Notes: a model not told the origin generated them from the letters alone. Shown: positions 1 through 11,331, numbered from the stretch's first letter. The stretch is 64,000 nt of DNA from an uncultured virus (IMG/VR IMGVR_UViG_3300049791_000126) (IMGVR_UViG_3300049791_000126), one strand, 5' to 3'. Program-made: numbers and translations.

Positions 1-228
1 TGGGCCGGATGGAAAACCAGCGCTACTGATCTCCTGCAGTAATTCTGCGGATTGTATTCGTGATGCAGCGAAGAGTTGCCCGAATGGTTATTCGCTGGCG
101 TCGCAGCAGCAAGAGAAGGGATCATCAACGGTGTTCGTGGGGGGAGGTGACGCGCCATTGGTTCCGTTGACGAACCAGACCTGGGAAGGATCGATGCTGA
201 TTCGCTGTCGAGCAGAGAAGGCAGCGCC

Positions 229-2971
229 ATGAACTACGCACTAGTGTTTCTATTTGGAGCGTGTTGCAGCGCGGCTGGCATCTGGATGCTCTGGCGCCGC
301 GCCCTGTCCGAGGATCTTGTCATCACCTTTCTTCACGGTTTCTTCTTGGCTCGCCCCGACATGATCAATGCTTGTCGAAACATGCTGTCTGCGGTCGAGA
401 GGGCAAATAAAAAGGACTTAGATGACTGACAAGACAGAATCACAACTCGAGCAAGCCCTCATCGACGCCGCCCTCAACTGGGCGAGCGCACAGCGCGCTC
501 AGGTACCACCTGAGCAGAAGCGAGAGCTGGAGGAGTTGATCTCGGCTTCCTCACTCGGTACGCCGGAGGCGATAGCGATCCGGGCGCAAGCTGATCCGGA
601 AGTCGTGAAGCAGGCGCTGCGCCGCGCTGACGAGATCGAGGCCGAGGCGGCATACTGGGAGATCAGAAATCAAGAAAATAGCAGCTGGAACTATGAAGAC
701 GAAGAGGCGTGCTTCGTGGCGGGTTTTTTGAAGGCGCGTGGCCATGGCTGATACGCTGAACATCTCCGTCACGGATCACTTTCTTGAGTACGGTAAGCGC
801 TCCAGTCTCGAGCTATTCAATCAATTCGAAGTGCTGCTCGTGAGCGCCGATACTGGCGGCGTGACATTGACGGTATGTGAGACTTCCGACCAAACGAAAA
901 TGGAGTTTTGGTTCCATGTGGTCCAGGCGCCTTTCGTGATGGATAACCCGACTTGGCGGAAATGGTGGATGATCGGGAGCGCGATGGGAGTAATGGGATC
1001 GCTCCATGTATTTTACGAGATCCCTACTGAGGGAAAACGCTGATGGCCGCCTGCGCTGATCCGTCGAGGTCGTGGTTTGGGGTTGATTTCCTGACCTGGA
1101 GTCCGCCACCGAAGCCTGTTCAGTACTGCGAATGCTGCGGACTCCTGGACGACGACTGGATGAGCGTACGCGCTCAGCAGGTGTTCGTGGGGGGCGAGCG
1201 CCGTATCTGGCCATTCACGGTGTGCGCGACGTGCGCTGAGTTGCCCTATGATTACCTCGCGACGCGAGCGGAGGTTTATTTTTCGCTCGTGCTTGGGAGA
1301 TGCCTGACGTGAAGCGCCACATTCCAGGCGACTACCCGAAGACGCTCTGCGGTCGAGCCGAGCTCACCGTGATCTGCATCTCGCACGAGGGGGAGATCGG
1401 GATCGGTCGCGACATTTGCAAATCTTGCGCGAGGCTTCATCAGAAAACGCTCGACCGGGATCGCGAGGACAAGGCGCGCTCTGCTCGCTTCGAGCGCACG
1501 CTCGCGAGCGTGGACAAGCTGCTCTCCGAGCCGTGCTGCGAAGGAAGGTGTGGATCATGAAAATCGCTCAATATGTCTTTCCGATTTCGGAAGAGCAGGT
1601 CCTGTGGCTGATTCCCGGCACCCAAGTGCTCGGCGCATCCAACGACGTACGCAGCGCAACGGGTACGATCCAGATCGCCCTCGGCGTCCTCGAGCCATCC
1701 ATCGTGTCAACGCGCATGATCCGGGTGTTTCAATGCTTCTACCCGAATCAAGAAGTGCCGGACGGCTATCAGTTTGTGTGCGTCGCGTCGGGCGGCTTCA
1801 CGGGCTACATCTTCGAGTTGACTGGATCTTGATGCGCACCGAGTGCCTCCTCTGCGAAGCGCCCGTCATCAGGCCGGGGAGCATCGCTCACTCCAAAGAG
1901 TGGTTACTCTGCCCGATGTGTCGCGCTGAGCTGCAGGCGAAGGTCAACTACGCCGTCAGGCGTATCGAACTCGAGATGGTCAACGGTCCTACGCGGCGAG
2001 TGAAGCGTCGCCGCTGGTACGATCCGGTGATGACGTTCGTGGTGGTTTTTCTGTTGGGGGTGGCGATGATGCTTTTTCTGTACGCAATAGGATGGTGGAA
2101 GTGATGGACCGAGTAACCAAAGTGTCGATCGTGTGCGCAGGTGGGGCACTGGTTCTGGCAGCGCTTACCCTTAAGCCGGCGCAAGCCGATCCGAAGCCTG
2201 GCCTCTGGCAAGAGGCGGTGACGCAGGCCGATGGCGTCACGGTGCGGGTCATCCGCGACACGACCGGCGGGAACTTCAACGTGTGCTACGTGGCGAGCCG
2301 AGTGAGCAATGTTGCGGAACAGTCGTACCCGGTGCCGCTGTCGGTCGCGATCTCTTGCGTGCCGGAGCGCAAACCGTGAGCACGGTCGCTGAGTTTTCAG
2401 CGGACGCCGCTGTGCTCGTGATCTATGTGTATGTACTACGGATGGGTAGGCGCCCTTGGCCGCTGTGCTTCCTGCCGGGGGTGCTGTTCTTTCTGGCTGA
2501 CACCCCGATCCTCTCGGGGCGCTCCCCGAGTTTTGGCGTACGCCTCCTAGCACTGACGGCGAGCCTCGCGTTGCTCTGGCTTTGGCCGGACGATGATCAA
2601 TGGAAGAAGCTCTGGGGGAAGCTCAAGAGCCAAGCGTTGACGGCCGTGAATGCCGCCCGTTTCAATCAACAAGTGAAGGAGGCGTCGACATGACGGACAT
2701 ATTTGCAGAGCTCGGATCGCGGCTGAATCCCGAGGTGCTGCGCGCGCTGAAGGTGATCCTGAGCGCGATCTTCGAGGAGCCAATGAGCTCGTGCCAGGAA
2801 GCGGAAGAGCTCCGATTCCGCCGAGAAGACCATGCGCGTCGAGAACGCATCGCGCGAGCTGAGCGCGGCGTCGAGACTCGTCGCAAGAATGCCAAAAATA
2901 AAAAGCAGGTGGGTGGCTTGAAGAAGAAGCGTCCGGTGCAGCACCGGACGAAGAAGGACAAGCGCAGATGA
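229..2971 (+). other. Run of about 10 small, translationally coupled hypothetical ORFs (229-429, 422-751, 738-1043, 1043-1312, 1300-1560, 1557-1832, 1832-2104, 2104-2379, 2376-2693, 2690-2971)
   Basis: Consecutive stop/start overlaps. Several have CxxC pairs or TM segments. Confidence 0.7.
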
Positions 2972-3516
2972 GGATCGCCATCGCAGGCGCGAGCGGTACC
3001 GGAAAAACTACGCTCGCCCGCGCCATCTCCGAAAAGTACAACATCCCCCTCAACCCCGTCGGCGCGCGCTCAGTCGCGCTCGCGATGGGCTTCGATAACC
3101 CATATGACGTGGACAAGGCCGGCCGTCGCGTGGAGTTTCAGCGGAGCCTCTTCGAAGCGAAGCGCGACTGGGAGCTCGCGCACGACGACTTCGTCACTGA
3201 TCGAAGCTACCTCGACAACCTCACCTACTGCGTGCTTCACATGGCGGAGCACTTGGAGGAGAGAGCGATCGAAACGTTTACCGATGCCATGGCGCGCTAC
3301 GATCTCGTTCTGATGTTACATCGCGAGACGTTCCAGAGCTTGGATGATGGGATCCGAAAAACCAACGTCGTCTACCATCAACTCTACGAGCATGTCCTAT
3401 GGAGCTTCATGATGTCGCCCTGGAACAAGGTGTGCATTCGATCGCCAGGAATCGGTGACATAAAAGATCGAGAGAAGAGCGCCTTTGGTTACATCGAAGA
3501 GGTGCGCGCTCGGTGA
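2968..3516 (+). CDS. P-loop NTPase, NadR/AAA_28-like nucleotide kinase
   Basis: N-terminal Walker A GASGTGKTT; DRSYLD motif typical of NMP-kinase-like proteins. Confidence 0.75.
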   Translation: MRIAIAGASGTGKTTLARAISEKYNIPLNPVGARSVALAMGFDNPYDVDKAGRRVEFQRSLFEAKRDWELAHDDFVTDRSYLDNLTYCVLHMAEHLEERAIETFTDAMARYDLVLMLHRETFQSLDDGIRKTNVVYHQLYEHVLWSFMMSPWNKVCIRSPGIGDIKDREKSAFGYIEEVRAR

Positions 3517-3583
3517 CGCCCATTGACGCCGTCGCGCTTCCACTCGGACTCGGGCTCCTCTACTGGATCTGGAAAAGAAACCG

Positions 3584-4560
3584 ATGACCGATCTCTCTGT
3601 CACCCACCCGAGCGCCTACGCCGCCATGACGGCCGCGTGCTGGGCCATCCCCGCCATTGCCATCGTGTGGGGGATGGTCCGCTTGGGGCGCTCGCTTCGG
3701 AGCCCGTGTAGCGAGCGTTGCCCGCTGCTCGGGCCGACGGTTTGGAAGACCTACCGCTGCGACCGTCGCCGACGCCATCTGGGCAATCACCGCTCGGGGA
3801 GCTTCGAATGGGTGCACGAGCATTACGAAGGAAGGTTCGTGCCTACCGAGCGTAAGCCTTCCTGACTGCAGCTCCTATTCACCAAAGGAAAAAACACCAT
3901 GCCTCGCATCAGCCTAGCCCTCTCAGAAATCATCAAGCGGAGCCTCTTCCGCATCCGTGAGCACCTCGGGTGCCTCACCCCGACAGAGATCGACAACCAT
4001 GCCGAGATGATCGCCATGCTGAGCTTCGAAGTCGCTCACGAGCTCGGTCTGCCGGCTGTGCGGAGCACCGCCCCGAACACCCCAGTCGAGTATCACGTCG
4101 CTGACGCGCTCCGGAATCTCACCACCATGATCGACTCCGATCTCCACGATTTGAACTTCTCCGGAGATCCAGAAGAGATCGTCAAAGCGTGCCGCGAGCT
4201 CCTCGCCGACGTGCACAAGATCCCGCTCCCAGCAGCACCTCCGGCCCGCACGGCATGACGACGGAAGAATTCCTCGAGAACCTCCTCTACTCGGCGACGT
4301 TTACCGAGATGGACAAATGGCGCCGCTTCTCGGCAGCGCCCGAGCCGAGCGAAGCGGTCATGCGCGTGTTCGTGTGCATGGAGATGCGACTCCAGCATCG
4401 CTACGGACTCGTCGAGCTGGAACGCCTCGTGACGACGATGCGAGCCCGGAGGTTTGCTCGAGAGCACCCCGGCATACTGTCTGCCGTCAGCATCGGTGTG
4501 GCGCTGTACGTGATGCTCGCCAAAGGCAAACACTTCGCGTCACCGTCCGCGCTCAACTAA
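3584..4560 (+). other. Three small hypothetical ORFs (3584-3865, 3899-4258, about 4255-4560)
   Basis: Co-oriented ORFs with plausible RBS or overlaps. Confidence 0.55.
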
Positions 4561-4596
4561 ACCTCGCCATCAGAAAAAAAGAAAGGCATTTTTCCT

Positions 4597-5568
4597 ATGT
4601 ATGAAGCCCGTATCGAACGAGATTCCATCACCCAGTACGGCGAGCGTGTCACCACGTGGGTCGTGACCCTGCCCCGCATCGTGCTCGCTGAGCTCAATAC
4701 CCACAAGATGATCAGCAAATCGAGCGCCAGCTCACGAGCGATCCCGGTGCAGAAGCAGATCGACCGACTCAAGGCGGACCCATTCTTGCCGGTCTATTGG
4801 GGAAAAAACCAGAAGGGCATGCAGGCCGAGCAGGAGCTCTCCTCGGATGAGATAGCGCTCGCCTCCGAGGTATGGATGCGCGCGATGCGAGGGAGCATTA
4901 CCGCTGCTGAGGAGCTGATGGGGATCGGGGTGCACAAGCAGATCGCCAGCCGCATCCTGGAGGCTTGGATGTGGCACACCGTGATCCTGTCGGCGACGGA
5001 CATGTCGAACTTCTTTCACTTGCGCGACAACAAGAAAGCGCAGCCGGAGATCGCGAAGGCGGCCGGCATGATGAGCGAGATCTTCCGTGCCTCACGTCCG
5101 AAGCTGCTCGGAGAAGACGATTGGCACCTGCCGTTCGTTGACACTGATGGGGAAGATCAGGATCTACCGAAGCACGAGGTGACCGGTACTCGGATCGAGA
5201 CCGCCGTAAACGTCGCCGTCGGGCGCAGCGCCCGCGTGAGCCACTTGAACCACGACGGGGTACGGGCGATCGAGGACGACGTGAGACTTTCAGCGCGGCT
5301 CTACGGCGACGGACATATGGCGCCGTACGAGCACGTGTGCCGCCCGATGGACGCTTCCGAGCGCGCTATATTTGAGCGCAGGCGTTTCGTCCCAAATCCA
5401 GAGCTGAAGACATTCACTGGGATCAAAAGCCCCAGTGGTTTTGACTACGAATCCTTGAGTCGTTGGGTTGAGGTGGGCAAGGACTACTACCTCGGCAACT
5501 TCAACGGCTGGGTGCAGGCCCGGAAACTCATCCACGGCGAGAGCGACATCCTCGCATTCGAGCGCTGA
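4597..5568 (+). CDS. thyX: FAD-dependent thymidylate synthase
   Basis: Phage ThyX-type motifs PRIVLAELNTHKMISKSSASSRAIP, HKQIASRILE, NFFHLR, AQPEI, SARVSH, GHMAPYEH. Confidence 0.9.
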   Translation: MYEARIERDSITQYGERVTTWVVTLPRIVLAELNTHKMISKSSASSRAIPVQKQIDRLKADPFLPVYWGKNQKGMQAEQELSSDEIALASEVWMRAMRGSITAAEELMGIGVHKQIASRILEAWMWHTVILSATDMSNFFHLRDNKKAQPEIAKAAGMMSEIFRASRPKLLGEDDWHLPFVDTDGEDQDLPKHEVTGTRIETAVNVAVGRSARVSHLNHDGVRAIEDDVRLSARLYGDGHMAPYEHVCRPMDASERAIFERRRFVPNPELKTFTGIKSPSGFDYESLSRWVEVGKDYYLGNFNGWVQARKLIHGESDILAFER

Positions 5569-6010
5569 TGGGACGCTGTCATCAGCCCGATCCGTGTGTC
5601 GAGTGTGAGCGGGCGGCCATTTGGTGGCGGTGCACGCAGTTCGCTGGCGATCATCCGTATTGCGAAGAGCACGCCCGCCAAGAAAAAGACTTCGGGACCG
5701 AGAAGGATGGTCAGTTTTACTGGACCCAAGTCGATCCCGCCAAGAAAAGGACCCCATGAACCCCCGAGCCCGCCGCATCCGTCGCCAACGAAGAAAAGAC
5801 CGCGTCCGAGACGCCGAAGCCGCCAAGGAGGAGGTGGAAGCGTTCATTCGAAGCGCGCGCGAGGCAGAGCGCGCTGCGGCGCGCCGTGCGGCGCATGTAG
5901 ATCGCAAGGCCGCGCCTCCCGATCCTAACCACGAGCTCCGCGTGGCATCGCCAATCAAAACCGGCGCAGGTCTCTTCGCTGAGATGACGCGCGCGCTACC
6001 GAAAATCTAG
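5568..6010 (+). other. Two small hypothetical ORFs (5568-5759 Zn-finger-like; 5756-6010 basic)
   Basis: Overlapping stop/start; CxxC and CxxH in the first. Confidence 0.5.
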
Positions 6011-6012
6011 CG

Positions 6013-6561
6013 ATGGCGATGCAGCGACAAACGTTTTCGTTCCTGAAGAAGATCGCGCACGCGATCCCCCCTGACCCCGACAGTGAGTACCGCTACGTGC
6101 TGTACCGATCGCTCGACGGAGAGGAGTGGGATCTGGAGCATGAGGACCGCTGCACGGTGCTCTTCATCCTGCTCAATCCATCGAAGGCCTCCGCCGACAC
6201 GACGGATCCGACGATCGACAAGCTGATGAAGTACGCCCGCGCCTGGGGCTACGAGCGCTTGGCCGTCGTCAACCTCTTCGCCTACCGCGAAACGGAATCG
6301 AAGAAACTCCGCTCACTCGCCAAGCGCCGCGATTTGGTCGGCCCAGAAAACGATCATTACATCTCGGGTGAGTCCCGCATGGCTCATCGCGTCGTTTGCG
6401 GTTGGGGTAACGAAGGCGACATCTGTAAGCGTGGCGCTCAGGTGCGTGAGCTGCTCGAGTCGTATTGCGTCGATCTCTACTGCTTCAATCAAAACCAAAA
6501 CGGCACACCCTGCCACCCGCTCTATCAGCGGGACGACGCTGAGCTCGTGAGGCTCAAGTGA
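6013..6561 (+). CDS. DUF1643 family protein
   Basis: YRYVLYR...FILLNPSKA...DPTI...VVNLFAYR...CGWG...PCHPLY signature. Confidence 0.85.
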   Translation: MAMQRQTFSFLKKIAHAIPPDPDSEYRYVLYRSLDGEEWDLEHEDRCTVLFILLNPSKASADTTDPTIDKLMKYARAWGYERLAVVNLFAYRETESKKLRSLAKRRDLVGPENDHYISGESRMAHRVVCGWGNEGDICKRGAQVRELLESYCVDLYCFNQNQNGTPCHPLYQRDDAELVRLK

Positions 6562-7001
6562 CCGAGCCCCTCATCCAAACGACGATTGAGGTCGTGGCCC
6601 GCTACTACGGCACCAGCCGGGATTCGATCTTGAGCGACGACCGCCACCAGTCGGTCATCGTGGCACGGCACACGGCGATTTACGTGAGTCGCCTAGCGGG
6701 AGACTTTTCGTACCCGCAGATCGGGGAAGGCTTCAGGCGCGACCACACGACCATCATGAATGCCTGCCAGCGCATGTCCTCGCGCGCGCTCCGCGACAAG
6801 AACTTCGCCCAGGCTGTCGATCTGCTCGTGCAACAGGTGCTCGGTCTCGGTAGCTTTTCGGGAGCACCCGTGCGAGTGAGAACAGAGCTCTTGGTCTTGA
6901 TCAAAGAACGCGTGAAGCTCGGCATCTTCGGCGGCAGCGTGGAAGACATCGTGGACCGCATCTTGTGTGAGCACTTTCAGCGCGAGCTTCAGAAACCGTG
7001 A
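6558..7001 (+). CDS. DnaA C-terminal (domain IV) HTH protein with RHH-like C-terminus
   Basis: ARHTAIYVSR...SYPQIGEGFRRDHTTIMNA matches the DnaA domain IV signature; no AAA+ domain. Confidence 0.85.
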   Translation: MTEPLIQTTIEVVARYYGTSRDSILSDDRHQSVIVARHTAIYVSRLAGDFSYPQIGEGFRRDHTTIMNACQRMSSRALRDKNFAQAVDLLVQQVLGLGSFSGAPVRVRTELLVLIKERVKLGIFGGSVEDIVDRILCEHFQRELQKP

Positions 7002-8455
7002 CAGACGCCAACAATCTTCCTGACCCGACTAGGATCGTTCCGGGGCGCGTGCCACCGAGCGATCTCGACGCGGAAGGAGCGATCTTGTGCGCGGTGATCC
7101 TGGAGCCAGGCTCGCTCGATCGTTGTCGCACGGTCGGCCTTGAAGCAATTCACTTCTACGCGGACTGTAACCGTCGCATCTACGAGTCCATCCTCAACCT
7201 CGATGAGGGACACGAAGCAATCGATCTCGTGGCGGTCGCGAGCGATCTGCGGCTCCACAAGCGCCTGGACCAAGTGGGCGGGACGCCCTACCTGGCGCAA
7301 CTCTGCGACGCCCCTGTCGTCGGGCCTGGTCTCGAGCAGCACTGCCGCACGGTTATCACCGCGTGGCGCGCTCGCCAAGCCATCTCCTTCACCCAAGTCA
7401 CCATGGCCCGGCTCTACGAGCCGCAGGGGATCCCGTACCAGGAGCTAATCGAACAGCACGAGCAACAGATCTGGGAGCTCGCCCACGAGCATCGCGAGTC
7501 GACCTACGAGCCAGCAGGTCAAATCGCCGGTCGCGCGCTCACTGAGCTCGCCGAAGCTCTCCGCAACGGCACGGGCCTCGGAGTGACGACTGGTTTCGAT
7601 GATCTCGACAAGAAGACGGGTGGCTACAGCGAGGGGCATCTCGTGGTCATTGCCGCTCGCACCGGCATGGGAAAATCTGCGCTCGGTACATCCAGCATCC
7701 GTCGCGCGACGCGCGTGCCGAAGGACGGCAGCTTGCCGGTCGCGGCCTACCTGCACACGCTTGAAATGCCGAAGGAAGAGTGTGCTCTACGGCTCGTTTG
7801 CGAAGAGGCGGGCGTGGAGTTTCAAAAGATGCGCCAGAATCAGCTCACGCGCGGCGACTGGGAGAAGCTCTTCGCCGCCGCGCGGATACTCGAGGGTCAG
7901 CCGATATTGATCGGCGACAAGCCAGGCCTCACCGTCGCGGAATTCCGATCCAACATCCGGAAGATCAAACGCGAGATCGAGATCGGTCGCATCCAAGCAA
8001 AAAATCTCGGCATCGCTGCGGTCGACTACCTGCAGTTGATGACGGGCGACAAGAGCGGTACGCGCGAGCTCGAGGTCTCTTCGTTGTCTCGAAATTTGAA
8101 AGCGACCGCGAAGAGCGAGCGCGTGTGCGTGATCGCGCTGGCTCAGGTGAATCGTGATCCTGAGAAAAAAGTCGGCGATCGTCGGCCAGGGCTTTCCACG
8201 CTCAGGGAATCGGGTGCGATTGAAAATGATGCCGATGCGATCTGGTTTATCTATCGCGAGAAGTACTACAATAAAGAAGCGAATGACGAGGCCGAGGTCA
8301 TCATCGCTAAACAGCGCGGTGGGGAGACGGGTACCGTGATGCTCGCCTTCGATGGCCCGACGATCAGCTTCAGGCCGCTCGCTCGTGGGTATGAAGAGTT
8401 TCATGACTTTGGCGACGATCCCCAAGCGGGAGAGCACTGGCAACCCGACAACTGA
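6998..8455 (+). CDS. dnaB: Replicative DNA helicase
   Basis: PPSDLDAE N-terminus, TGFDDLD, AARTGMGKS, LEM, VDYLQLM, LAQVNR, LRESGAIENDAD, IIAKQRGGETG. Confidence 0.95.
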   Translation: MTDANNLPDPTRIVPGRVPPSDLDAEGAILCAVILEPGSLDRCRTVGLEAIHFYADCNRRIYESILNLDEGHEAIDLVAVASDLRLHKRLDQVGGTPYLAQLCDAPVVGPGLEQHCRTVITAWRARQAISFTQVTMARLYEPQGIPYQELIEQHEQQIWELAHEHRESTYEPAGQIAGRALTELAEALRNGTGLGVTTGFDDLDKKTGGYSEGHLVVIAARTGMGKSALGTSSIRRATRVPKDGSLPVAAYLHTLEMPKEECALRLVCEEAGVEFQKMRQNQLTRGDWEKLFAAARILEGQPILIGDKPGLTVAEFRSNIRKIKREIEIGRIQAKNLGIAAVDYLQLMTGDKSGTRELEVSSLSRNLKATAKSERVCVIALAQVNRDPEKKVGDRRPGLSTLRESGAIENDADAIWFIYREKYYNKEANDEAEVIIAKQRGGETGTVMLAFDGPTISFRPLARGYEEFHDFGDDPQAGEHWQPDN

Positions 8456-8464
8456 AAGGAAAAT

Positions 8465-8797
8465 ATGAAAACCGTACTTCTTGCCCTAGGAGGGGTAGTG
8501 CTTGCTGCGCTGCTCGGCTCCGGAGCAATGCTCCTCGGCGTGTACTACGCCTTCTCAGGCGGCTACATCCTGTCCAAGCTTTGGGAGTGGAACGCTGTAC
8601 CGCTCGGCTTCGGCGCCCTCTCGTGGCGAGTATTCGCGGCGGCGATTCTCGCCGCTCAGTTGATTCTACCGAGTCGTCTCAAGGAAACTGACCCAGATAA
8701 AAAGAAGCCAGAAACGTCAGAAGCGATCGCAGTTGTCATCGGTGCGATGGCAGCTCCCTGGTTTACGTTCTTGGTGGGCTGGATGGTGAAGCCGTGA
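8465..8797 (+). CDS. Small membrane protein
   Basis: Three hydrophobic segments; RBS AAGGA. Confidence 0.7.
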   Translation: MKTVLLALGGVVLAALLGSGAMLLGVYYAFSGGYILSKLWEWNAVPLGFGALSWRVFAAAILAAQLILPSRLKETDPDKKKPETSEAIAVVIGAMAAPWFTFLVGWMVKP

Positions 8798-9207
8798 CGC
8801 TCATGTCAGCGGTCGACGACGTAGAAGACTTCCATCGCGTCACCGACACGCCTGTGCTGCTCGTTCCGGAGTGGCCCGCCGACGAGCGGGTCGATCTCCG
8901 CGTCGCGCTCATCGTCGAAGAGGTCGTCCGCGAACTCCTTACGGCCATCGCCAAGCGCGACATGGTCGGCACCTCCAATGGAATCGTGGACGGCATCTAC
9001 GTGCTCATCGGCGCCGCTCACGAATTCGGCGTCCCGATCGAAGCTGAATGGGCTGCTGTGCAGCTGAGCAACATGCAGAAGGCAGTCGAGCAGCCCGACG
9101 GCACGTTAAGGGTGATTCGCCGCCCCGACGGCAAGATCTTGAAGCCCGAAGGCTGGACGCCGCCCGACACCGAAGGCATCCTGCGCGCTCACGGATGGAA
9201 GGGCTGA
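8794..9207 (+). CDS. MazG-like / PRA-PH family nucleoside-triphosphate pyrophosphohydrolase
   Basis: VEDFH...LIVEEVVREL...DGIYVLIG...VQLSNMQK...RRPDGKILKPEGW. Confidence 0.85.
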   Translation: MTLMSAVDDVEDFHRVTDTPVLLVPEWPADERVDLRVALIVEEVVRELLTAIAKRDMVGTSNGIVDGIYVLIGAAHEFGVPIEAEWAAVQLSNMQKAVEQPDGTLRVIRRPDGKILKPEGWTPPDTEGILRAHGWKG

Positions 9208-9399
9208 AATTCCGATGCGAGACGAACTCAACGAAGCGCTTAAACGATTAGACCAGGTCGCGTATCAGAACGAGCGCGGCACCGACTTACGGGAGCACGT
9301 GGACCGAGCTCGATCCCAGATCGTGTCAGCGCTGCTCCTGGTGCTGAAGAGCGAGGCGGCAGACCTTCGCGAGTACTTGGCAGAAACGAGCGAGGACCC

Positions 9400-10176
9400 A
9401 TGATCCGGGCACTCTTCAACGCCGCGCAGGGCAAGCGTGGCACAGGATTCATTCACTCGCCGCTGCCCGCATCGACCGAGCCCCTGTCGACGCTCATCGG
9501 CTCATCTTCCGCGCTGCCGTCTTCGGGTACAGTGCGGAGCGCGCTCGTCGGCCCGAAGTGGCAGAGCGCGACCGACTCTTGCCTCGGCATGTCGGGCGCG
9601 CAAGCCTTCCGCATCGCCTGCCTCGCGCGCGGCATCCCCTGCCCCGATTTGTCCGGTCTCTTCCCGTACAAGCTCGGGCGCGCCGCCATGGGCATGGGCC
9701 TCGAAGACACGGACGCAGGCCTGAGCTTCGAAGGACTCCTGACGGCCGTGACGCGCTTCGGGTTTGCGTCTGAAGAGGCTTGGCCATTCAACCTGATGAA
9801 GGTCAATGCCCGCGTCTCGGGCACAGCGCTCCACGATGGCTATGACAGGCGCGGCGTCCGGAGCTACTACCGCATCGACTCGGACGACATCGACGGCGTG
9901 CGGCGCGCCATCGACAAAAAGATCCCGGTCATCGGCGCGTGGGCCGTGGACAAGATGTTCCAGATCGACTCGGGCCCCGAGCTCATCGACAAGCCGGATC
10001 GAGACATCGTCGGTAACCACGCCATGGTGATCGAGGACTTTGCCCCCGACGGCAGCTTCGGCCTCCTGAACCACTACGATCGCAGCTGGCGCAGCGATGG
10101 TCGCTGTCGATTCACCGAAGAATACACGCGCGCAAGCCTCGGCTTCGTTGCCTTCGACGTAGGACCCTCTCGATGA
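9400..10176 (+). CDS. Papain-like (C1) cysteine peptidase
   Basis: WQSATDSC (oxyanion Q, catalytic C), GNHAMVI (H), LLNHY..SW (N). Confidence 0.8.
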   Translation: MIRALFNAAQGKRGTGFIHSPLPASTEPLSTLIGSSSALPSSGTVRSALVGPKWQSATDSCLGMSGAQAFRIACLARGIPCPDLSGLFPYKLGRAAMGMGLEDTDAGLSFEGLLTAVTRFGFASEEAWPFNLMKVNARVSGTALHDGYDRRGVRSYYRIDSDDIDGVRRAIDKKIPVIGAWAVDKMFQIDSGPELIDKPDRDIVGNHAMVIEDFAPDGSFGLLNHYDRSWRSDGRCRFTEEYTRASLGFVAFDVGPSR

Positions 10177-10496
10177 TCCAGAAAATGCTGTTTGTATTTT
10201 TGATCCTCACCGCGAGCTGCTCGCCCGTCTCGCCTTGGCCCCCGCCTGCCGTCACACACAACGCGCCGATCAGCGCCGGCACGCCAGCCGACTGCCACGC
10301 GATGTGCGAAAACCTCCGCCGCCTTCATTGCGTCTCGGGCGAGCCCACGCCGAGGGGTGAGCCTTGCGAGGCCGTCTGCGAAAACACCGAGGCATCGGGC
10401 TACGCCACCGAGAATCCGATCTGCCAAGCGCACGTCAAGACGTGCGAGGCGGCGGACGCCTGCCCGGACGAGGCGTCGCCCGCGCCCGCGCCGTGA
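10173..10496 (+). CDS. Cys-rich putative lipoprotein
   Basis: Signal peptide with lipobox LTASC; multiple Cys. Confidence 0.7.
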   Translation: MIQKMLFVFLILTASCSPVSPWPPPAVTHNAPISAGTPADCHAMCENLRRLHCVSGEPTPRGEPCEAVCENTEASGYATENPICQAHVKTCEAADACPDEASPAPAP

Positions 10497-10767
10497 CGGG
10501 GGACATTGTCTGGCCGCGCCCCTGCTTGCGGTGCCGCCTCGGCGCGGCCAGACTGAATGGATGGCTCCCCGTTTCGCTCCCGATCTCGCGCGCTGCTACC
10601 GCTGCTTGGTTCTGCACCCGGCGGGGGCGCTCAAGCCGGTCGTCGCGCTGTGCGGCTGCGAGCACGACTACTGCGAGGAATGCATCCGGGACGAGCGCCT
10701 GGCGGCGTGGCTGCGGTTTGTGGGCTCGGTGTGCATGAAAAGCGCACGAGCGGCTTGACGATTTTGG

Positions 10768-10796
10768 TTGACCTGAAGAACCACTGAACGCACAAT
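10768..10796 (+). promoter_or_regulatory. Sigma70-like promoter for hicAB
   Basis: TTGACC-N17-CACAAT, 8 nt before the ATG at 10805 (near-leaderless). Confidence 0.55.
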
Positions 10797-10804
10797 CCGT
10801 ACCC

Positions 10805-11008
10805 ATGACGGGGAGAACGGTACGGAAGATCTTGAAAGACCTGGGCTGCGAGGAGTTGAGATGGGTCGGCTCGCACTTGAATGTGCGGTGCGGCGCGTGT
10901 CAGACTTCGGTCCCGATACACGGCGGCGAGGACATTGGATACGGCCTGCTGAAGAGCGTCGAGAAGGATCTCGCGCCTTGCTTGGGCAAGCGCTGGTTGG
11001 GAATATGA
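10805..11008 (+). CDS. hicA: HicA family toxin
   Basis: 67 aa, GSHL motif and VPIHGGEDIGYGLLKSV. Confidence 0.85.
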   Translation: MTGRTVRKILKDLGCEELRWVGSHLNVRCGACQTSVPIHGGEDIGYGLLKSVEKDLAPCLGKRWLGI

Positions 11009-11286
11009 CCATGGAATACGCAGTCAAATACGAGCTCGGTCGTGATGGTTGGTGGGTCACGTCGATTCCTGCTGTCCCAGGCTGCCATACGCAGGGCAAG
11101 ACCTTGCCGCAAGCCCGCGAGCGTATCCGGGAATGCCTGGGGCTGTACGATGACGACGCTGCCTCAGCTAAACTCATCGATAAGATCGAGTTGCCGCCGC
11201 AAATTAGCGAAGCGCTGCAGCGGATCTCGTCCTTCGGTCTCCACGGCGTGGACGTGGAGATCTTGCTCGACAGTCACCCGGCCTGA
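11005..11286 (+). CDS. hicB: HicB family antitoxin (short)
   Basis: WWVTSIPAVPGCHTQGKTLPQARERIRECL; ATGA overlap with hicA. Confidence 0.85.
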   Translation: MTMEYAVKYELGRDGWWVTSIPAVPGCHTQGKTLPQARERIRECLGLYDDDAASAKLIDKIELPPQISEALQRISSFGLHGVDVEILLDSHPA

Positions 11287-11301
11287 ATCGCCACTGCACG
11301 G

Positions 11302-11331
11302 TTGACGCCCCTAGGTCGAGGAGGCTACGCT
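11302..11331 (+). promoter_or_regulatory. Sigma70-like promoter
   Basis: TTGACG-N18-TACGCT upstream of 11369. Confidence 0.5.

Noticed and set aside
2968..3516. P-loop protein as a packaging ATPase
   Set aside because: Short, kinase-type (DRS motif), located among nucleotide genes, and lacks FtsK/HerA features
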